A DNA stretch of 21,981 bases from Cyanobacteria bacterium J06626_4 (GCA_038523235.1 JBCBJQ010000101.1:1-21981), one strand, 5' to 3'. Shown: positions 8,036 to 16,948, counted from the first letter of the stretch. The notes: generated from the sequence alone by a model not told the origin. Numbers and translations: made by a program.

Positions 8036-8086
8036 TCAAAACTGACAGATGGTTTCGGGTCGTACAGGGCTGGTGAGATCGCTCAG
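8036..8086 (-). pseudogene. Orphan 3' remnant (C-cap + stop) of a deleted LRR paralog
   Basis: Minus strand reads LSDLTSPVRPETICQF*; 43/51 nt identical (hand count) to 5133-5183. Confidence 0.8.
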
Positions 8087-8200
8087 CCACGAAGCCCATC
8101 CACCCTTGAATATGTCCTATGGGGTCTATCACTATCGACTGAGACTTATCGCTTTTTTAAATCAAGACACGTCTTGATCACTCGCACTTCTATCAGAATC

Positions 8201-8229
8201 AAAAAAAAGAGGCAGCCAAAGCTGCCCCT
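8201..8229 (-). terminator. Rho-independent terminator of hspA
   Basis: Minus strand AGGGGCAGC-TTTG-GCTGCCTCT followed by a run of 8 T, ~40 nt downstream of the hspA stop. Confidence 0.85.
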
Positions 8230-8266
8230 GAAAAATCATGACTTATGCATCTACAAAACTGTTGAA

Positions 8267-8743
8267 CTAAGCGTCAGATTGGGGGAAATCTGCCACTGTA
8301 TCAGCTGAGGAACCCAGGTTGATTTTCACAACTTTGTTGCGCACTTCTTCAACCTTGGGCAGGGTGAGCGTCAAGAAACCATTCTCAAAGTCGGCTTCAA
8401 CAGCATCATTTTGAATGACTTCGGGTAGATTGATCACGCGACGGAAGTTGCCATAGTGGATGTCATCATGCAGCACGCGATCGCCTTCGCCAACTTCAGC
8501 CTGATGGCGCTCACCGCTGATGACCACAGTTTCACGAGTCGCTTCGATGTCGATCTCATCGGGGTTAATTCCTGATAGTTGAACGGTCAAAACATAGCGA
8601 TCGTCGTTCTCAACTAAACGCACAGCGGGCGTCCAGGCAGAGGGTGCAGTTTCAATGACATTGCTGACTTCATTGAACACGCTGTCGAGCTGTCGACGTA
8701 GAGTTTCAACTTCTTGAAAGGGATGCCAGTAACGAACAATCAT
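8267..8743 (-). CDS. hspA: Small heat shock protein, Hsp20/alpha-crystallin family
   Basis: ATG at 8743 with AGGAG RBS gives 158 aa: MIVRYWHPFQEVETLRRQLD, W.PAV.L.E, ISGER, YGNFRRVI.LP, A.FENG.LTLTLPK. The ORF-track start at 8845 is an overextension. Confidence 0.93.
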   Translation of the reverse strand: MIVRYWHPFQEVETLRRQLDSVFNEVSNVIETAPSAWTPAVRLVENDDRYVLTVQLSGINPDEIDIEATRETVVISGERHQAEVGEGDRVLHDDIHYGNFRRVINLPEVIQNDAVEADFENGFLTLTLPKVEEVRNKVVKINLGSSADTVADFPQSDA

Positions 8744-8973
8744 TTGATATCTCCTAGAGGTCAGGTTGAGCGTTTTCTTAAGCTCTCTATGAGTCCTATG
8801 ATGCAGCGTTAAATAGAAGGTCAACAGTGGCAAGAACCCCACCAAAATGGCGAATTTTTACACCGAACTGACCGTATCGAGTTTGCCGTAATCCGGCCTA
8901 AGAGTCTGAATAGTGCGGTACTAACGGTCCCCCGGCATTACTGAACCGAAGTATGAGTCTGGTGTTCGAGGCC

Positions 8974-8995
8974 GCGGGCAAGATGCCCGCTCTCC
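8974..8995 (-). repeat. REP-like extragenic palindrome
   Basis: Minus strand GGAGA-GCGGGCA-TCT-TGCCCGC: a GGAG tetranucleotide followed by a GC-rich 7-bp hairpin, the architecture of RAYT-associated REPs. Only one clear copy in the window. Confidence 0.45.
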
Positions 8996-9364
8996 GCGGT
9001 CAATGGTGCATCACTCGTGTCCTTCTTCTAGTTGGCGATTCAATTCACACCCAAAATCAGCAACGCCCTAACGGTTTCCTCTCAAACCGCTCCCACCCTA
9101 GAGACGTGGCCGCACAACGACACCGCTTGTCTGATCTCTACCCCGACCCAAATCCAGCAGGAATGCAGGCTCCCCTCACGCCCCCAAACGCCTGACTCCC
9201 AAACCTCTTTCAGCAGGCAGTTGCCCTCGCGCGATCGCCGAACCTATCTTGCGGTAGCTGCCTGTTCAGAGGGAAGTGTTTATTATGGAGGGGATTAACA
9301 AATCGCAATACTCTAAGTGTGCGCTGCTCACCGGGCAAGCTGCGGGTATCCATTCAAGGTTTTC

Positions 9365-10792
9365 ATGACCGATTCTTCTCTCAATCAGGGCGCGCTCAAA
9401 CGCTTCGTTGAAAGACGACTGCTGTTTGGTCAAGAGTTGTCGTTAGAGCTAACGGCCATTCTCAGCGTGTACTTCGTCCAGGGCATTTTGGGCTTGGCTC
9501 GCCTAGCGGTGAGCTTTTTCCTCAAGGATGATTTAGGCCTTACCCCAGCGGAAGTAGCAGCCCTCACTGGTATCGCCTCAGCGCCGTGGACGATTAAGCC
9601 GCTGTTTGGCTTTATCTCCGACGGGTTTCCCCTGTTTGGCTATCGGCGACGGCCCTATCTAGTGCTCTCAGGCTTTTTGGGCACAGCCTCTTGGCTAGCC
9701 ATGGCCACGGTGGTCAATACGGGCTGGGCCGCGATCGTGGCCATCACCCTCAGTTCGCTCTCGGTGGCCGTCGGTGACGTCATTGTCGATTCTTTAGTGG
9801 TTGAGCGGGCGCGCCGCGAATCGCAGAGCGGTGCGGGCTCTCTCCAGTCTTTAGCCTGGGGCGCAGCGGCTCTCGGCGGCCTGCTGACCGCCTACCTCGG
9901 CGGCTTGCTGTTGGAATATGCTGATACCCGCTTCGTGTTTGGGGTAACAGCCACCTTTCCCATTGTGGTGTCGGGGGTGGCCTGGCTGATTGCCGAAGAT
10001 CCCGTTACCGAGACCTCAACCTGGCAAGTCATTGGTAGCCAAATCACCCAGCTCAAAGGCGCCATCACGCAAAAAGTGATTTGGATGCCCGCTCTGTTTC
10101 TATTTCTCTGGCAGGCGACGCCCACAGCGGACGCGGCGTTCTTCTTCTTTACGACCAACGATTTGGGTTTTGAACCGGAATTTTTAGGTCGGGTGCGGCT
10201 GGTGACCAGCATCGCGTCCCTGATTGGGATTGGCGTCTTTCAGCGATTTTTGAAAGCCGTCCCCTTTCGCACTATTTTTGCCTGGTCAACGGTGCTGTCA
10301 ACGGTGCTGGGCTTCTCGATGCTGCTGTTAGTCACGCACACTAATCGAGCGATCGGCATCGGCGATGAGTGGTTTAGTTTGGGCGATAGTTTAGTGCTGA
10401 CCGTCATGGGTCAAATTGCCTTTATGCCGGTCTTGGTGTTATCAGCGCGTCTCTGCCCAGTTGGTGTCGAAGCCACCCTGTTTGCGTTGCTGATGTCGAT
10501 TTTGAACTTAGCGGGGCTGCTTTCCCATGAGTTGGGGGCAGTCTTGACCCATTGGCTCGGCGTTACCGAAACTAATTTCGAGAATTTATGGCTGCTCGTG
10601 ACGTTAACAAACGTGTCGACATTACTGCCGTTGCCGCTTCTGTTCCTTTTACCGAAGACCTCTTCTCAAGGGGAGGAGGAAGTGATTTCAAGCAAAACCC
10701 TGGCGGCGAGTCAGGCCACCACTATGGCGACTGCCGTCGAGTCGGAGGAGCCAGTTGGCATCGCCATGGGGGCGATCGAGCCCAACGCTTAG
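9365..10792 (+). CDS. Folate/biopterin transporter, BT1 family (MFS)
   Basis: ATG at 9365, ~12 TM segments, motifs VYFVQG.LGL.RLAVSFFLKD.L, PW.IKPLFGFISD.FPLFGYRRRPYL and RLCP.GVEATLFALLMS. Confidence 0.93.
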   Translation: MTDSSLNQGALKRFVERRLLFGQELSLELTAILSVYFVQGILGLARLAVSFFLKDDLGLTPAEVAALTGIASAPWTIKPLFGFISDGFPLFGYRRRPYLVLSGFLGTASWLAMATVVNTGWAAIVAITLSSLSVAVGDVIVDSLVVERARRESQSGAGSLQSLAWGAAALGGLLTAYLGGLLLEYADTRFVFGVTATFPIVVSGVAWLIAEDPVTETSTWQVIGSQITQLKGAITQKVIWMPALFLFLWQATPTADAAFFFFTTNDLGFEPEFLGRVRLVTSIASLIGIGVFQRFLKAVPFRTIFAWSTVLSTVLGFSMLLLVTHTNRAIGIGDEWFSLGDSLVLTVMGQIAFMPVLVLSARLCPVGVEATLFALLMSILNLAGLLSHELGAVLTHWLGVTETNFENLWLLVTLTNVSTLLPLPLLFLLPKTSSQGEEEVISSKTLAASQATTMATAVESEEPVGIAMGAIEPNA

Positions 10793-10883
10793 TCCCGCAG
10801 CGCGATCGCCCGCCAATCCTGTCTGCTATGCCCTGCCTGTCTGCTAGATCCTATCCTTTCACTCTTTAATCGCCCAAAAAACC

Positions 10884-12413
10884 ATGCAAACCCTGCCCAC
10901 CGCCTCCAGTTCTGACGCTTCTTCCACCCCGTCCTACGGCATGGAAGATTGGCGCAGTGGCTATCGGTCTCAGCCTGAAGAGTTTGCCTACTGGATCGAC
11001 GCGGTCGAAGGCGAAATTCCCGCCGCACTCACGGGCACCCTGTTTCGCAACGGCCCTGGCCTGCTCGACGTGCAGGGCCTCCCGGTGAGCCATCCCTTCG
11101 ATGGCGACGGCATGATTAGCAGCATTGCCTTTCACCAGGGGCGGGCCTACTACCGCAATCGGTTTGTGCAAACCGAGGGCTATGTTGCGGAAAAGGCCGC
11201 CGGTAAACCCCTATATCGGGGCGTGTTTGGCACCCAAAAACCCGGTGGCTTTTGGGCCAACCTCTTTGATCTACGGCTCAAGAATATCGCCAATACCCAT
11301 GTGATTTACTGGGGCAAAAAGCTGCTGGCATTGTGGGAAGCGGCGGAACCCCATCGGTTAGATCCCGAGACGCTAGAAACACTGGGGCTAGACTATCTGG
11401 ATGGCTTACTAGAGCCCGGTGATGCCTTTGCCGCCCATCCGCGGATTGCGCCGGGGCAGCCTGACCAGGGCATTGAGCCGCGTCTGGTCAACTTTTCCGT
11501 CAAAACAGGACTGTCGAGCACGATCACAATTCATGAGTTTGCCACTTCGGGTAGCTGTGTTAAGTCCTATCACCGCAGCATTCCGGGCTTTGCATTCATG
11601 CATGATTTTGCGATCACGCCCAACTATGCGGTCTTCTTTCAAAATCCGGTAGGCTTCAATCCTTTTCCGTTCTTGCTGGGGCTCAAGGGCGCGGGGGAAT
11701 GTGTGCAGTTCAACCCCAAAGCCACCACCAAAATCATTCTGATTCCTCGCCACAGTGACGGGCCAATTCAGTCTATTGAAGCGCCAGCCGGCTTTGTGTT
11801 TCACCATGCCAACGCCTTTGAGCAAGACGGCAAGGTTTTTGTGGACTCCATCGTGTACGACAGCTTCCCCACGTTGGACGAGGGTATGACTTTTGAAGCG
11901 GTGGACTTTGATAAAGTGCCCGTCGGTCAACTCTGGCGCTTTGAGCTGGATCTGACAGCTGAAACGGCTGCAGCCACCTGCTTGATTTCTCGCTCCTGTG
12001 AGTTTCCGGCGCTGCATCCACAACAGGTCGGGCAGCCGTATCGCTATCTATACATCGGTGCAGCCCACGCCCCCACCGGCAACGCGCCGCTGCAGGCCTT
12101 GCTGAAACGCGATTTAGCCACGGGTGCAGAGCAGTTGTGGAGCGAAGCGCCGCGCGGCTTTATGGGAGAGCCGGTTTTTGTGCCCCGACCGGGCAGCAGC
12201 GCGGAAGATGACGGTTGGCTGCTGTGTTTGACCTACAATGCGGCTCGCCAGTGCTCTGACCTGATTATTTTGGCCGCTCAGGATATTGCCGCTGGTCCGA
12301 TCGCTCGCCTGCAGCTCAAGCACCATGTGCCCTACGGTCTGCACGGCAGCTTTACCCCCGATTACTTCGGCCCCGATGTTGCGGCCGCTGGTGAACCCGC
12401 CTTGACCGCTTGA
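10884..12413 (+). CDS. Carotenoid cleavage oxygenase (RPE65/CCD family; apocarotenoid 15,15'-oxygenase-like)
   Basis: 509 aa with GTLFRNGPG, HPFDGDGM and the four candidate Fe-ligand His in AFAAHPR, FMHDFAIT, FVFHHANAFE and PYGLHGSF; also EPVFVPRP...EDDGW. Confidence 0.93.
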   Translation: MQTLPTASSSDASSTPSYGMEDWRSGYRSQPEEFAYWIDAVEGEIPAALTGTLFRNGPGLLDVQGLPVSHPFDGDGMISSIAFHQGRAYYRNRFVQTEGYVAEKAAGKPLYRGVFGTQKPGGFWANLFDLRLKNIANTHVIYWGKKLLALWEAAEPHRLDPETLETLGLDYLDGLLEPGDAFAAHPRIAPGQPDQGIEPRLVNFSVKTGLSSTITIHEFATSGSCVKSYHRSIPGFAFMHDFAITPNYAVFFQNPVGFNPFPFLLGLKGAGECVQFNPKATTKIILIPRHSDGPIQSIEAPAGFVFHHANAFEQDGKVFVDSIVYDSFPTLDEGMTFEAVDFDKVPVGQLWRFELDLTAETAAATCLISRSCEFPALHPQQVGQPYRYLYIGAAHAPTGNAPLQALLKRDLATGAEQLWSEAPRGFMGEPVFVPRPGSSAEDDGWLLCLTYNAARQCSDLIILAAQDIAAGPIARLQLKHHVPYGLHGSFTPDYFGPDVAAAGEPALTA

Positions 12414-12492
12414 TAGGAATGGGGGAGAGGCGATATTCTGTCAGGAACCCCCAGTCATGCTGCTGGGCTTCCTATCGCAGAGGGCCGCTCGG

Positions 12493-13155
12493 GTGTCTCT
12501 AAAGCTGATCATCGGCAACAAAAACTATTCGTCTTGGTCGCTGCGGGCTTGGCTGTTTATGAAAGAAAGCCACCTAGACTTTGAAGAAATTCGACTGGCG
12601 TTGTTTACCGAACAGTGGCAAACCGAGATTAAGCGCTACACCCCTGCGGGCAAAGTGCCAGTGCTGATCGATGGCGACATTGCCGTTTGGGATACGCTGG
12701 CGATTATGGAGCACCTGCGGGAATATCACGCAGCTTCAGTCGGCTGGCCCAGCGATCGCGCCGTACGCGCCCACGCCCGTTCCATTGCCACCGAGATGCA
12801 TTCCGGGTTTGTCGCCATCCGCGAAGAGCTGCCCCAAAATCTTAAGGTCTGTCAGCAGCGATCGCTGGACGATTTTTCCAGCGGGGCACGAGCCGAAATT
12901 CAGCGGGTCGAGACCCTGTGGCAAGACTGTTTTCAGCGGCATCAGGGCACTTGGCTCTGCGGCGACTTTTCGATCGCCGATGTCATGTACGCTCCCGTCG
13001 CCTTGCGCTTTGTCACCTACGGCATTGAACTCCAACCCGCAGCCCAGCGCTTTGTCACGGCGGTGAAAGCCCTTGCCAGCATTCAGCAGTGGACGCAAGC
13101 CGCCATCAAAGAGGAAGAAACCTTGCCCTTTATTGATGCCCATGCGCGTCAGTAG
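12493..13155 (+). CDS. Glutathione S-transferase family protein
   Basis: Motifs LIIGNKNYSSWSLRAWL, P.GKVPVL.DG...VWDTLAI.E.L, EMHSGF and FSIADVMYAPV. Probable start GTG 12493 after AGAGG; the alternative is ATG 12457. Confidence 0.9.
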   Translation: MSLKLIIGNKNYSSWSLRAWLFMKESHLDFEEIRLALFTEQWQTEIKRYTPAGKVPVLIDGDIAVWDTLAIMEHLREYHAASVGWPSDRAVRAHARSIATEMHSGFVAIREELPQNLKVCQQRSLDDFSSGARAEIQRVETLWQDCFQRHQGTWLCGDFSIADVMYAPVALRFVTYGIELQPAAQRFVTAVKALASIQQWTQAAIKEEETLPFIDAHARQ

Positions 13156-13226
13156 CGTCGTGAGAAGCAAGCCGTGTCGCCGGTAGAGAACAGTCAAAAC
13201 GGTAGCTGGGCTTCATTCCATTGTGG

Positions 13227-13772
13227 TTAGCGAGAATCAACCGCCGGAGCACGGTCAACGAGTCGAATTTGATTTTGCTTGACGGCCACTGTCACCAGTG
13301 GGAGCGATCGCTGAGCGGGGCCTTGCAGCACTCGCCCTTCGGCATCGTATTGCGAGTTGTGGCAAGGGCAGATAAAGCGGTTTTGCTCAGCATCCCAAGG
13401 CACTGTGCAACCCAGGTGAGTACACACCGGTTGAATGCCATAGGGTGCAATTTCTGGCCCTTGCTCAATCACCAAATAGGTCAGCTCCGGATCATCCAAC
13501 AGCCCGGTAACCGGCAACGGCTCCCCCGGCGTCAGACTGGGCAGCAGGGCATCTACCGCGATGGGGTTACTCTCTAGATCCAGGGCTTGTTCCCCTTGTA
13601 GGTAGTCGGCACAGCGGGAATTATTGGGGAAAATCGAGCAGAGATTTTCGAGTTCGGCATCTTCACTGGCGGCGACCGGGCGGAGTAACCCAAGGGCGAT
13701 CGCCCCAGCGCCGCCGCCAACTAAATACCGCAACAGGCGTCGCCGCCGCGCAAACAAGGATTGCTGGGCCAT
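13227..13772 (-). CDS. petC: Rieske [2Fe-2S] protein, divergent PetC (cytochrome b6f Fe-S subunit) paralog with Tat signal
   Basis: Twin-Arg RRRLL followed by a hydrophobic segment. Box I CTHLGC, box II CPCHNSQY, GPA.RSLPL. Extra CSIFPNNSRC motif. Not linked to petA, so a paralog. Confidence 0.85.
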   Translation of the reverse strand: MAQQSLFARRRRLLRYLVGGGAGAIALGLLRPVAASEDAELENLCSIFPNNSRCADYLQGEQALDLESNPIAVDALLPSLTPGEPLPVTGLLDDPELTYLVIEQGPEIAPYGIQPVCTHLGCTVPWDAEQNRFICPCHNSQYDAEGRVLQGPAQRSLPLVTVAVKQNQIRLVDRAPAVDSR

Positions 13773-13930
13773 GTCTCTCTCTCAACCGGGTCATTTCATC
13801 CAGACGGGGCTCTCGACGCATTGGTGCGCTGTGCGGCTCATGGTGGCAATGACTGCACAGTCGCCACTGCCCAGTCTCATCCCGCTACCCCAGCCCTGTT
13901 GAGCCCCTCTCAATTATGCAACGCTGACCG

Positions 13931-15382
13931 CTACGCAACCTTGGCTTGAATGACCTGATGGCGATCGACGCCCTCTAACGCATAGCGGTTATAGCCATTC
14001 AGCTGAATCAGCTCCTCCAGATAATCCACCCGCGAGGCCGTCTCTGGGTGGGACGAGAGGTACTCAGCTTGATTCGATTGGGTATTCGCGTTCACAGTTG
14101 CCATAAAATTGCGCAGGCCGTCGGCGGCATAGCCCGACGCGGCGAGGGCACGGGTGCCTAAGATATCAGCTTGACGCTCGTATTGCCGACTATATTGCAG
14201 GCTCGCCAGGTTACTCAGAATGGCCCCATAGGGAATCTGCTCTCCTAGCTGAGACAGAATGTCACTCTTGTTGACGATTTGAATGCCGTGAGAAAGCACC
14301 GCATGGGCCACTTCATGCCCGAGTAAACCCGCTAGCTCAGCCTGCGAGTTAGCCGCCCGAATCGCGCCGGTATGGACAAAAACCTTGCCCCCTGGCAGCG
14401 CAAAGGCGTTGATGCTGGCATCGCGAATCACAAAGAACTCATACTCCAAATCACGCCCCATCAGCTGAGCGACTTCTAAACCGAGCTGGGTAACGTAATC
14501 GACAATCTCTGGGTCTTCGACTAGCCGACCGCTCTGCCGATAGTCAGCTTTGAGCTGGTCAGCAATTTCGCCCCCCAGCACTGACTCGTCTTGAAAGAGC
14601 CGCGCGACCCGCTCATAGGTGTCAACCGCGTTGTCGGTCGAATCCCACGGCGCGTTGCCAAAAATAGTACCAATGCCAATACCGATCGCCGTATCGGTAA
14701 TGTTTTGGTTGCGCTGATTATTGAGAAAGGTGTTGAGCTCATCTTCGGCGCGGTTTCCAAATTCACCGGCTTGGGGATGATCGAGGTTCAAAATGGCGAA
14801 CGATCGCGCCGCAATCGACGCTTCCAAATGCTGGCCATCATCGGCCAGAGCCTCAACCTGAGCCATCACAATGTCAGAGGAATAGGGATGCACAGTCGCC
14901 GCTTGCTCCAGTACCGCTAGGGCTTCACTGTCGCGATCCTCCTCGGCCAAAATCTCAGCGAGCTGCAAGGGGGCCACCACAAAGGCAGGCTCAGTCGCCA
15001 CTAGCTGCTCTAGAGCCACTACTGCACCACTTGTTTGATTGGCGGCGATCGCCTGCTGAGCCGCATTCCAATAGGCCAAACTAGCCGAATCGAGCGCTTC
15101 GGGTTCATACAGCGGCTCAACTATCTGGGAAACGGCATCGGTCGAAAATGCTGGCTTTAACTCGCGATAGATCGTTTCTGCCGTGGCCACATCGCCCTGG
15201 CGGTAGAACTGATCGGCTTCGACAAACGCCGCTAACCGATTGCCGCCCGCCGCTTGCGCCAGTTCTACCGGATCTGCCGCCCGCACCGAGTGCGGCCCGA
15301 GTGCGCCGAACCCACCACTCCAGACCAAACACATCAGCGTACCGAACAGCATCAGCAGACCGTAGCGAAAATGCTTCATCAT
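13931..15382 (-). CDS. Exported M48-family Zn metalloprotease with N-terminal TPR-like helices
   Basis: Signal peptide, helical TPR-like region, INAFALPGGKVFV, HEVAH (HExxH), YSRQYERQAD and YLSSHP. Confidence 0.9.
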   Translation of the reverse strand: MMKHFRYGLLMLFGTLMCLVWSGGFGALGPHSVRAADPVELAQAAGGNRLAAFVEADQFYRQGDVATAETIYRELKPAFSTDAVSQIVEPLYEPEALDSASLAYWNAAQQAIAANQTSGAVVALEQLVATEPAFVVAPLQLAEILAEEDRDSEALAVLEQAATVHPYSSDIVMAQVEALADDGQHLEASIAARSFAILNLDHPQAGEFGNRAEDELNTFLNNQRNQNITDTAIGIGIGTIFGNAPWDSTDNAVDTYERVARLFQDESVLGGEIADQLKADYRQSGRLVEDPEIVDYVTQLGLEVAQLMGRDLEYEFFVIRDASINAFALPGGKVFVHTGAIRAANSQAELAGLLGHEVAHAVLSHGIQIVNKSDILSQLGEQIPYGAILSNLASLQYSRQYERQADILGTRALAASGYAADGLRNFMATVNANTQSNQAEYLSSHPETASRVDYLEELIQLNGYNRYALEGVDRHQVIQAKVA

Positions 15383-15490
15383 GGGGATTTCCTAAAAACT
15401 AAAACAGCACACCCAACTCATAACCATGGGCCGGTTTATGCATTCTCTTCAGTGACTACAGTGTGGACTCAGGAGAATTACGGAGAGCGC

Positions 15491-16948
15491 CTAGGGACAA
15501 CGCAGCAGATAGTCCCACTCGGTCGTATCAATCGCCGAGTTGCCCGTGACGATCACCTCTAAGCTGCCCGACTGCCCCGAGAAGGGAATGGTGAGCGCCG
15601 CGTTGCCAGACACAAAACCGGTATCTAAGATTTCCTGATCGTCTTGCCAGATTTGCAGGCGATCGGGGGCACCGTACATCTCATATTCCAGTTCGATTTC
15701 GCCCTGGCGGGCGCTCATTTGCACGATGCGGCGATCGCCTTCCTGCCCACCGCTGGCCTGCTCGGTATTGCAAAACGCGATCGGCGGAGAATTCACCGTG
15801 TCAATCCCCAACCCTTCTTGACAGGCCGTGACCTGGAGCCGATCAGGAGAGTTGGTGGCAAAGGCACAGAGCACTTCCATATCCACTGAGGTGAGGGCCG
15901 CTTCGCGATCGAAGGTCGTCACCTCACCGCTGGTGTTGGCATAGGTATAGCGTTGGCCCTGCGTCACTACGGCAGGCTCCGCCAGCCCTGTAGCCTGCAC
16001 ATTAATCGCTCCCTTGAGCACATCGACTTGCACCCCAGTATCGGTATCGCGGGTCTGCACCAACACTTCGTCACTGCCTTGGCCCGTCACCACCGCGTCG
16101 CCAGCCGGCAAAATCACCAAATCATTGGGGCGATAGATTTGCACACTACAGCCACTGCCGGTCGCCGTCGCCAACAGAGACGGCATCTGGTCAGCAATGT
16201 CATCACCGGTGCCCGTCACCGTCTGCGCGGTGGCGTCACAAATTAATGCGGCCTCGATCGCCGGTTCACTGGTCCACCAAGAGCCTAGAGCCGTGATGTC
16301 ACAATCGTCGCCAGCGGCCTGACACTGCTCGACCGCTTCGACACAGGGGTCACCCGTGGTCGCCGTGGCAAAGCCCAGCCCGCCCGTCGCATTCCCCGCA
16401 CTGCAGTAAGACACCTGCCGCACTGGGGACTGAGCCAACTGCTTGGGGGCGATCGCCATGGGGATATCGGGCTCACCTAACCCCGTCACACCGGAGCGGC
16501 CGCGCTCCACCTGCAGGCCATTTTCGCACCCGCGACTCTCGTTACCCGCCAGGCCCCAGCCAATCAGATAGTCACCGCCCTGTACCTGACAGGGAAAGTA
16601 GTAAATCGAAGCTTCAGGATGGGGATTCGTTTGCACGTAAAAGTTGAGGTCGGTGCCATCAGCGGCCAAAAACCGCAGCAGCGCCCGCGCATTGTTGGGC
16701 GGCACGGTGATCAGGGCATCGCGCACCTGCTGCAAAATCGACCCGGTTTGAATTGATTCGGGTCGGCCACTGCGCCGAATGCGCAGCTCACTGGAATTGC
16801 CCAAAATGTCATCAACGCGGGTTTGCTCGGGCACGTCGGCAAACGCGGGCGCACTGACTAACAGGGCAGCGGTGCCCAAAACGATCACACGGGCCTTTGA
16901 GGCCCAGACCGGGTCTCGATTCTCTCGACGATGTTGATATGGAGGCAT
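15491..16948 (-). CDS. Exported multidomain hypothetical protein (FecR-like beta segments, Cys-rich insert, C-terminal beta domain)
   Basis: Signal VIVLGTAALLVSAPAFA|D. FecR-like segments (G..L....D.L.T....RA.LRF; VQVDVLKGAINV...V..GQ) flank a Cys-rich insert. C-terminal YEMY..PDRL.I......LDTGFVSG...W.Y.L.CP. Domain names are inference. Confidence 0.75.
   Translation of the reverse strand: MPPYQHRRENRDPVWASKARVIVLGTAALLVSAPAFADVPEQTRVDDILGNSSELRIRRSGRPESIQTGSILQQVRDALITVPPNNARALLRFLAADGTDLNFYVQTNPHPEASIYYFPCQVQGGDYLIGWGLAGNESRGCENGLQVERGRSGVTGLGEPDIPMAIAPKQLAQSPVRQVSYCSAGNATGGLGFATATTGDPCVEAVEQCQAAGDDCDITALGSWWTSEPAIEAALICDATAQTVTGTGDDIADQMPSLLATATGSGCSVQIYRPNDLVILPAGDAVVTGQGSDEVLVQTRDTDTGVQVDVLKGAINVQATGLAEPAVVTQGQRYTYANTSGEVTTFDREAALTSVDMEVLCAFATNSPDRLQVTACQEGLGIDTVNSPPIAFCNTEQASGGQEGDRRIVQMSARQGEIELEYEMYGAPDRLQIWQDDQEILDTGFVSGNAALTIPFSGQSGSLEVIVTGNSAIDTTEWDYLLRCP

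Noticed and set aside
5133..8086. Diversity-generating retroelement (template/variable repeat) explaining LRR variation and the duplicated 3' ends
   Set aside because: No reverse transcriptase in the window. Differences between copies are not adenine-specific and include synonymous C/T changes.
8744..8790. RNA thermometer in the hspA 5' UTR
   Set aside because: Only 3-4 bp of pairing to the RBS is visible, which cannot be supported without folding and TSS data.
8744..8845. N-terminal extensions given by the ORF track (hspA 8845; also 4431, 9317, 17018, 18235)
   Set aside because: Downstream ATGs fit the RBS, signal peptide or family start better.
8953..9298. ORFs 8953..9195 and 9032..9298
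   Set aside because: No recognisable motifs; they overlap each other and the REP-like hairpins in a divergent promoter gap.
11409..12023. Long antisense or alternate-frame ORFs (e.g. 11409..12023, 12736..13197, 1562..2020, 18003..18503, 20388..20813)
   Set aside because: Shadows of well-supported genes in GC-rich DNA, with no family motifs.
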